From positions 62,001-126,000 of the forward strand of contig NIVC01001619.1 in the NCBI GenBank assembly GCA_002269645.1: a stretch of DNA of 64,000 bases, in the 5' to 3' direction. The notes beneath the pieces are model-generated. The model worked only from the letters and a program-made list of their open reading frames with translations, was not told the origin of the DNA and made no database searches. Positions 56,040-64,000 of the stretch are shown here, piece after piece (position 1 is the first letter of the stretch; every line of letters starts with the position of its first letter). Source of the DNA: Macrostomum lignano (taxonomy: Eukaryota). The position numbers were made by a program, and so were the translations under genes.

Positions 56040-59000
56040 TCAAATGTCGTAACTATTCGCATCGGAACTTGACTTCTCGATATTATCCGGTATGTTAGGC
56101 GTAGTGGACGTCTCATCAACAGTATCAATTGACGGATTATTGGGCTGAAATGTAGGCTGAGGCCCGTCCTTGCTATTTAAACGCCTTTTTTCTTGGTCGC
56201 TTGACTCGTTGAAGCTGCTCTGACTACTGAGGCGCCTCCGTCTACGACGGAAAAACCAGAATGCGATACAAATAATAGCAGCGACTAAAACAAGACAAAG
56301 CAGCACGTATCCGATGATGTTCGAAATCGAAATATCCTGTTTTTGAATAACTGATTTAGCAAGTTTTTCGCCTTCAGTACTATTATCTACAGGATTCCGA
56401 CACTGCCGCATAGCTGTGCTGTTGAAACAGGCGCGAGATTCTTTAAAAGCTGTGCACTTATTAGCATTATAAATTGCCATATAGTGAGTTGGACAATGCC
56501 AGCAGGCGCAGTAAGAATCGTGATAGAAATTTCCAGTTTCAATTGCACAATAAACTTTTCTGATATTCTTGCAGTCATTTTGGAAGTTTTTCGGCACCTG
56601 CAATCGAAAAATTATTTAACGAGCCTATTTTTAGAGCTGAATTTTAATTCGGTCTTTTTTATTAGAGGCAGGGGGGTTGTGTGCACCCTGGCGCACTTTA
56701 AGCCACATAGGCACACAACCGGCGAGAGGCATTACTGCCCATTCCGCCGACTCCCCTGAGCAGGCATACAAGCGCGCGGATACGTACGCAGGCACACACT
56801 CACACAGGAGTGTACAGCGGCCCACGACTTTATTTATATTTAGGCATGTACACTTCACTGTGTCTTGGGGGTTGGCTCTCAAGGCCGTTAATTGCACGAG
56901 CAGAGCCAAGCCGAGATTCCAATTCAGCCCCAAATTAATGTGACTGCACTTGGAATCGAGCCTGGGTCGCTGGCACACCAGAGCAGCTGCGCTACCGCTG
57001 GGCTACGGCTCCCCTTTAATTCGGTCTTTCGCATCGCGTAAATTCTCTAAATAATGACATCTTTTCAGTCATAAGGAGGCATCGAGGAGAAAAAAGTCAC
57101 TCGACAAAAAGTCATGTGTCGCTTCAGAGTTGTTGCAGGTAAACGCAGGTAAAATCGGAAAAGAAGTGAATCTAAAACGACAAGATGTTACGGTACAAGT
57201 CGTCAAATAGTGGACTCTTTAATAGTGACTCCAGGGCCTTAGAGTCGTATCTGAGGCGGGCCAGAGCCTTGCATCTGACTCACTTTATGAATTAGAATCG
57301 CACTTCGCGTTCATAAAACTCTATATTTAGTCTACTTGAGTTAGTAAAATGTCAAACACAAAAACGACTATTAGACGACTTTTTTGCGACTCTTTAAAGA
57401 TACGGCAACTCATGTGAGATGCGCTCGTGACTCGACTTAACAGTCGCCTCTCCGTCGCATTACAGTCGTTTGAGTCGTTAAAAAGTCATAAGAGAAGCCC
57501 CAGAGTCCAGGGGCGTCGCCATAGATTTTATGGTGGGGGGGGGACAAAAGCCGAGAATTCTAAATGTACATTATTTCCGAATCGGTGTTGTCATTGATTA
57601 TTTTGAAACCGCAGGCACTCATTTTGGCGCCGCAGGCTCTCATTTTAGCGCCGCAGGCTCTCATTTTGGCGCCGAAGGCACTCATTTTGGCGCCGCAGGC
57701 ACTCATTTTGGCGCCGAAGGCACTCATTTTGGCGCCGCAGGCACTCATTTTAGCGCCACAGGCACTCATTTTAGCGCCGCAGGCACTCATTTTAGCGCCG
57801 CAGACAACTCATTTTAGCGCCGCAGGCACTCATTTTGGCGCCGCAGGCATTCATTTTGGCGCCGCAGGCACTCATTTTAGCGCCGCAAGCTACTCATTTT
57901 AGCGCCACAGGCACTCATTTTAGCGCCGCAGGCACTCATTTTAGCACCGCAGGCACTCATTTTGGCGCCACAGGCACTCATTTTGGCGCCGCAGGCACTC
58001 ATTTTGGCGCCGCAGGCACTCATTTTGGCGCCGCAGGCACTCATTTTAGCGCCACAGGCACTCATTTTAGCGCCGTAGGCACTCATTTTAGCGCCGCAGG
58101 CACTCATTTTAGCGCCACAGGCACTCATTTTAGCGCCGCAGGCACTCATTTTAGCGCCACAGGCACTCTTTTTGGCACCGCAGGCACTCATTTTGGCGCC
58201 ACAGGCACTCATTTTGGCGCCACAGGCACTCATTTTGGCGCCGCAGGCACTCATTTTGGCGCCGCAGGCACTCATTTTGGCGCCGCAGGCACTCATTTTA
58301 GCGCCACAGGCACTCATTTTAGCGCCGCAGGCACTCATTTTAGCGCCGCAGGCACTCATTTTGGCGCCGCAGGCACTCATTTTAGCGCCACAGGCACTCA
58401 TTTTAGCGCCGCAGGCACTCTGTTTTGTCGCCCTGAAGCAAATTGATTATTGATTTCCATAATGGGTCAACAAGGTGGGGTGGGGGGGACAAAGGGACAA
58501 AGCATTGGCATGTCCCCCCATAGCTTCTACTGGGGGGGGGGCACATGCCTCCCCCCCCGGTGACGACGCCCCTGCCAGAGTCGCTAAAGCCACTAGAGAG
58601 TTGTTTACAATGACTATTTAGCGATTGTTCGTCAAGCTAACGTTTTCCGACGGGTCTATTTACCCTATTCTATCCAAGGACTGTTGAAGTAGAAGGACGA
58701 ATAACCTCATTTTTAAGAACATTTTAGGATGCAGGTTTTTTTTTATAAAATACACTACGGAGATAGGAAGCTACGGAGATAGAATTATAAATTATTATTT
58801 TATGTTAATTTCTTATTCTGCGTACAAAATATCAAAATATGAAAACTTCTCATCTCCGTAGTGTATTTTTCGGCGAAAAGGGTTCAAAACTTTTTTCGAT
58901 GAAACGTCTATGTCTGTGCTAGATTCTTTTGTACAAAAACCTGAGTACGCTATAAATAGGTCCAGTTTTGAAATTTATTCACCTTTACATCCTGCTGATC

Positions 59001-59063
59001 ATTGCCGAAACACCGACAGATAAGAACAGCAGCGGCAATTAGCAGCTGAATTTGAAGATGCAT
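56040..59063 (-). CDS. Small type-I membrane protein with Cys-rich ectodomain (exons 59063-58983, 56597-56040; ~212 aa)
   Basis: Signal exon MHLQIQLLIAAAVLICRCFGNDQQDVK ends at a GTGAAT donor in phase 0 and joins VPKNFQNDCKNIRKVYC...CACWHC...C...C...C. The TM segment IIGYVLLCLVLVAAIICIAFWFF is followed by an RRRRRR stop-transfer and a S/P/T-rich tail. Confidence 0.8.
56658..57014 (-). mobile_element. Full-length tRNA-derived SINE (~357 bp) with 15-bp TSD
   Basis: Head GGGGAGCCGTAGCCCAGCGGTAG (A-box) ... GGCTCGATTCC (B-box). TTTAATTCGGTCTTT flanks both sides (56643-56657, 57015-57029). Short A-rich 3' end. Confidence 0.9.
57508..58574. mobile_element. hAT-type MITE (1067 bp) carrying an internal 21-bp minisatellite
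   Basis: TIRs are CAGGGGCGTCGCCA and TGACGACGCCCCTG (13/14 match). The 8-bp TSD CCAGAGTC lies at 57500-57507 and 58575-58582. The interior 57605-58420 is (GGCACTCATTTTGGCGCCGCA)n. Confidence 0.9.
58753..58863. mobile_element. Tiny CACTA-like inverted-repeat element
   Basis: CACTACGGAGAT...ATCTCCGTAGTG flanked by TA on both sides, with an internal second CTACGGAGATAG. Confidence 0.55.
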
Positions 59064-59721
59064 CTGATCAGCTGATTAGGGAAGATTTAAAATAGTAAGA
59101 TGCCGCTACTACTCTTAAAAGTAGTAATTCATAGCGAAATCGTATCTGAAATGAGCGACAAAGGTGGCAGATAAATTTGAAACTGATAACTGATAAAACT
59201 GCATATTAACTGAAAAAACTGCGATTATCCTACTCACAAGTAGCCAAATAAAAAGTGTCAAGTCAAAAAACCGGTAAATGACTACAAAAATAGACTAAAA
59301 TTTACAATCTGGCAGGTGCATGGATGTGTATTTTGTTTGAAATGGCAACTGCTAAAAAGATACAAATGTGAGAAAATTTCAAGTTGGCAAACTCGTCTTT
59401 TTTGCCTGAGAGATTAACCAGCGCAGTAAAACATGAACTCGCGGCACGTTAGTAGTAAAGTGCATGGCTAAGCAGAGAATTAAAACTATTGTAAAATTTA
59501 TAAGCAGACAGTTTATCAAGGCTCTTGAGATAAAGCAGAAGTCAAACGGAATTTACACTACTAATAAGTAGAAATGTAAAAAGAAAGAAGCAAAATTTAA
59601 ATAAAATATATTGTAGAATTGTTTAAACAGTTGGCATTATCTGTAATTTTTCGTTGATTTAAAGACTATAATATATTCGTTAAAGTTTGAGTACACTAAA
59701 GAAATTATTACGACAAGGAGC

Positions 59722-60105
59722 CTTCAGTCAGTCAGTCAGTCAGTGTCAGTCAGTAAGTCACCCACTCACTCAAGTCAGTCAGTCAGTCAGTCAGTCAGTC
59801 AGTCATCACTCACTCACTCAAGTCAGTCATCACCCACTCACTCAAGTCAGTCAGTCAGTCAGTCAGTCAGTCAGTCAGTGTCAGTCAGTAAGTCACCCAC
59901 TCACTCAAGTCAGTCAGTCAGTCAGTCAGTCAGTCAGTCATCACTCACTCACTCAAGTCAGTCATCACCCACTCACTCAAGTCAGTCAGTCAGTCAGTCA
60001 GTCAGTCAGTCAGTCAGTCAGTCAGTCAGTCAGTCAGTCAGTCAGTCAGTCAGTCAGTCAGTCAGTCAGCACCCACTCACTCAAGTCAGTCAGTCAGTCA
60101 GTCAC
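59722..60105. repeat. (GTCA)n/(CACT)n compound repeat with higher-order duplication
   Basis: Directly visible. Confidence 0.92.
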
Positions 60106-60499
60106 AAAGCCAAACAAATAAGATTGCATTCAGTATCAACTGTAAGAAAACAATCAATAATTTCGCTAATGAATAAAGGAACGCAAGGCAATACTGTACA
60201 AAGATACAAAGACAGATGTCTGTACATTACTAATGTCAGTGTCGGTATAACAAAATGCGTCAGTTGAATCACGCAATTACTATGAGCATGACAAAAACAT
60301 TGATGACAGCTGAGTACTGTTGGCATCGGTGTAGAAAAGCAGAGACACAGAGATCTGCTTTAAAAAATCCATTGGCAGGGCAACTGATTGAAATATTACT
60401 ATAGGTCTTGTACTAGAGTACATTATTGTGGTTAGAAATATGAATTCCTACTTTATATAACTTTATTTCTATGAATATTGTCATCTTATGCGAGATCCG

Positions 60500-60885
60500 G
60501 GATATATGATAGAATAGCTTAGAGATTTTATGTGAAATATTAGAGATCTCAAATGAAATGTTAAAAATCTCATGAAAGATAATTGAGACTTCATATGACA
60601 TTAGAGATCTCAAGTGAGATAAGAGATCTCATGCGGAAGATTCGAGATCTCATATGAGAGATTAGAAATCTCATGAGATATTTGAGATCTCATATGAAAG
60701 ATTAGAAATCTCATGAGATATTTGAGATCTCATATGAAAGATTAGAAATCTCATGAGATATTTGAGATCTCATATGAAAGATTAGAAATCTCATGAGCAA
60801 TTAGAGACTTTATGTGAGATTTGAGATCTCATGCGAGAGATTCGAGACCTGATATGAGATTCAGAATATCATATGTAGGAGATTT
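60500..60885. repeat. Degenerate GAGATCTCAT-core repeat
   Basis: GAGATCTCATATGAAAGATTAGAAATCTCAT units; core resembles 220-795. Confidence 0.85.
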
Positions 60886-61056
60886 CAGCTCAGTTTAAAG
60901 TACAAAAAAGTAACCATTTCAAATACAGCAAAAAACTGAATGATTTAATTATTGAAAAGATAGTGAGCAGACAGAAAAACTAAATTCAGTCTGAGAACAA
61001 TATATAATAAGCGGAGCTGATTATGCACATAAACAGACATGTCACATGATGTAGGA

Positions 61057-62551
61057 TCACACTTTTGATAGGATTTGGTCGCGGCACTTTAACCCATAAG
61101 CATTAGTAGCCGCAGGCGCCAGCATAGGCGCGGACAGATGCAGCAGGGGATTCAACTGCCTAACGATTGAGCACACGGACATGCTAGACGCTGGTATGTT
61201 TGGCGCGAGAGCCTCCGATGAGACACCGTCTTGTACTGAGCAGTTCTCGCTTAACCACTTCGAGCAACGTTGAGCGCCTTTGGATAAATATCTGCTGGAC
61301 TCGTCTGGGCACTTTATTGGTTGACAGGTTCTACAGGGGCCGTTGCAGCCGCTGTCGGTGCCCCCGGGGTGCTCCACGATGGGGGACTGCTCTCTGCAGG
61401 TAGGTTAATTATCAGATATGATTGTTATCTGACTCAGGTAGGTTAACTATCAGAGATGATTGTTATCTGACTCGGGTAGGTTAATTATCAGATATAGTTG
61501 TTATCTGACTCAGGTAGGTTAATTATCAGATATGATTGTTATCTGACTCGGGTAGGTTAATTATCAGAGATGGTTGTTATCTGACTCAGGTAGGTTAATT
61601 ATCAGATATGGTTGGTATCTGACTCAGGTAGGTTAATTATCAGATATGGTTGTTATCTGACTCGGGTAGGTTAATTATCAGATATGGTTGTTATCTGACT
61701 CAGGTAGGTTAATTATCAGATATGGTTGTTATCTGACTCAGGTAGGTTAATTATCAGATATGGTTGTTATCTGACTCAGGTAGGTTAACTATCAGAGATG
61801 ATTGTTATCTGACTCAGGTAGGTTAATTATCAGATATGATTGTTATCTGACTCAGGTAGGTTAACTATCAGATATGGTTGTTATCTGACTCAGGTAGGTT
61901 AATTATCAGATATGGTTGTTATCTGACTCAGGTAGGTTAATTATCAGATATGGTTGGTATCTGACTTAGATAGGTTAATTGTCAGATAAGAGATATTACT
62001 TACTCATCGAGTTCATCAGCAGACTCAACTGACTCGTTTAATCCACTCTGACGCCCGACTCCGCTCCGGCCTCGAGCGCAGAACCGGATTATTATGACCG
62101 TAAATAGTATGGCCAATGCAAAAAAGCAGGCTAATAAACTGAATATCAAAGCCACATTGGAGTTCGAAGGATGCTGAACTGTTGAAGACAACGTCGCAGT
62201 CGTGGTTGACATTTCAGTTGAAGTATGCTGAATACGCTCAGTGGTAGTGCCTGCCACTGGCGATAAGCTTACATTTCGCATAGTTGCCTGACAATAGCCC
62301 AGCGTCAGTGCGTCTCGACATTCTTGTAAAAGTTGTTGTCGAGGAATCAATGCTGAATAGCACGAATATTCATTTACCAATGGCTCGCAATCGACGCACA
62401 TACAGTCGCCATTGTAATACTGCCGATCCAAATCGCATTCTGGCGGGAGATAGCAATCTAACTGGTTCTTAGGCGTGTCTACAAAACCGCTGGCTCGGTT
62501 GCTTGACAACAGGAACAGCAACAATATGCTTAGTAGCATTCGTTGATCCAT
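61057..62551 (-). CDS. Type-I membrane protein with Cys-rich module and mucin-like stalk (exons 62551-62004, 61393-61057)
   Basis: ATG at 62551 gives MDQRMLLSILLLFLLSS (signal), then DCYLPPEC...YYNGDCMCVDC...C...C...YC, a Thr/Ser stalk and TM VALIFSLLACFFALAILFTVIII. A GTAAGT donor and CTGCAG acceptor in phase 2 join the first exon to ORF 61057-61377. Confidence 0.82.
61400..61985. repeat. 38-bp minisatellite (CAGGTAGGTTAATTATCAGATATGGTTGTTATCTGACT) filling the intron
   Basis: About 15 units spanning intron 61394-62003. Confidence 0.96.
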
Positions 62552-63457
62552 GCTGTTTAAATCAATCAATTGCCGCTAAGCCGTCACGTACTGGACATTT
62601 GCGTTGACGAAAGAAAAAGCCTCAACAAAAGCTCTTCTTGTTGTTAATGTTGACGACGACTGAAGAGTAGACAGAACCTTTAAGAAGAGTAGACAGGTTG
62701 GGTGAAAAGGTTTCTAACAAAAATGATGAGCCTAGCATATAATCTGTAGCTATTGCGTTGGTAAGAGCGAGCCAGAGAGGTAGAGACTATATAGGAGTTG
62801 CAGCGGCAGAGAAGAGCGGTGAAGACGCAGTAGTAGAAATAACAGAAAAACTGCTTACGAAGTTCCCTCGAAGACACTTTGTCATCAGCATCTCTAAAAA
62901 AACAGCTCTCTATTCTAAAAATAACTATTAGACATGGTCCCCGCTACTAAAAATAGAACACTTGGTCTAGCTATAAGCTTAAAAACGAAGCGGGTGATGC
63001 TATAATACGAGGTATAATACAAACTTTTTCTACTTATATAGCGTAATAACTGAACTCTAAAGTGGAACGATGCTTATTTTAACAGAACCCCCCCCCTTCC
63101 CCAAAGCCCAAGTGCGAGTTCATTCACTGCTAGCTGGTAACTACGCAATTGAAAGTAAAGTAGCGGAATTTATCTGGCGCAGATGCTAATAAATATGATA
63201 AATTTTTAGAGAAACAAAAACGTTTATTATTGCAGCGATAAAAGTTATAATGCGCAATTAACAGTAAAATAGGGGCGCTATTATTAAATATTATAACAAA
63301 TTTTGTAAATATCTGCAATTTAAAAGAGCGCATTGTGAGCTAGAAGACAAAAGATAAAGAAATAACTATTGATTTGAATATGCGGTTGGCGATGATTCTT
63401 CGATAGCAAAACCTTAAAGCAATACAATATAGTTGAAACAACACGAAACGGTCTCTG

Positions 63458-64000
63458 TGGGGAGGGGGCGCCAGTCTCTGTATGGGAGGGGGCGCCAGTC
63501 TCTGTATGGGAGGGGGCGCCAATCTCTGTATGGGAGGGGGCGCCAGTCTTTGCGGGGGAGACGGCGCCAATCTCTGTATGGGAGGGGGCGCCAGTCTTTG
63601 CGGGGGAGGGGCGCCAATCACTGTATGGGAGGGGGCGCCAGTCTTTGCGGGGGAGGGGGCGCCAATCACTGTATGGGAGGGGGCGCCAGTCTTTGCGGGG
63701 GAGGGGGCGCCAATCTCTGTATAGGAGGGGGCGCCAGTCTGTATGGGAGAGGGCGCCAGTCTCTGTATGGGAGGGGGCGCCAGTCTTTGCGGGGGAGGGG
63801 GCGCCAGTCTCTGTATGGGAGGGGGCGCCAGTCTTTGCGGGGGAGGGGGCGCCAATCTCTGTATAGGAGGGGGCGCCAATCTCTGTATAGGAGGGGGCGC
63901 CAGTCTTTGCGGGGGAGGGGGCGCCAATCTCTGTATAGGAGGGGGCGCCAGTCTTTGCGGGGGAGGGGGCGCCAATCTCTGTATGGGAGGGGGCGCCAGT
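63458..64000. repeat. ~24-bp GGCGCC-core G-rich minisatellite, running off the window
   Basis: GGGAGGGGGCGCCAGTCTCTGTAT units. Confidence 0.95.

Noticed and set aside
56900-57014. tRNA genes at 56940-57014 and 55905-55976
   Set aside because: The A/B boxes are followed by SINE bodies, one with TSDs and a second copy, and no convincing cloverleaf was seen.

Overview
This is eukaryotic (metazoan) genomic DNA, not prokaryotic. The very repeat-dense introns, RTE-type LINE fragments and WSC-domain secreted protein resemble a free-living flatworm such as Macrostomum, but the organism is inferred. By hand-splicing across GT-AG junctions with consistent phases I reconstructed the 3' end of an unidentified + strand gene (1-958) and six co-oriented minus-strand genes. 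These are a GRAMD2/3-like GRAM-domain membrane protein (4551-16555, probable extra 5' exon near 24.6 kb), a secreted WSC+PAN/apple protein (29381-30233), a 14-exon TRPM channel (32837-44098) with one apparent 1-nt frameshift, DDX49/Dbp8 helicase (49359-54279), and two small Cys-rich type-I membrane proteins (56040-59063 and 61057-62551). Most long ORFs in the supplied track are translations of tandem repeats, not genes. Mobile DNA includes two decayed RTE-like LINEs, three tRNA-derived SINE copies (one with a MIR/CORE-like domain, one with 15-bp TSDs), a hAT-type MITE with 8-bp TSDs carrying a minisatellite, a Mutator-like foldback with 9-bp TSDs and a tiny CACTA-like element. Four patterns stand out: almost every large intron holds its own private tandem repeat; several repeat units are composite YAG|GTR splice-site motifs; inverted GATA/TATC arrays bracket DDX49 exon 2; and the two membrane proteins look like small TNFR-like paralogues.
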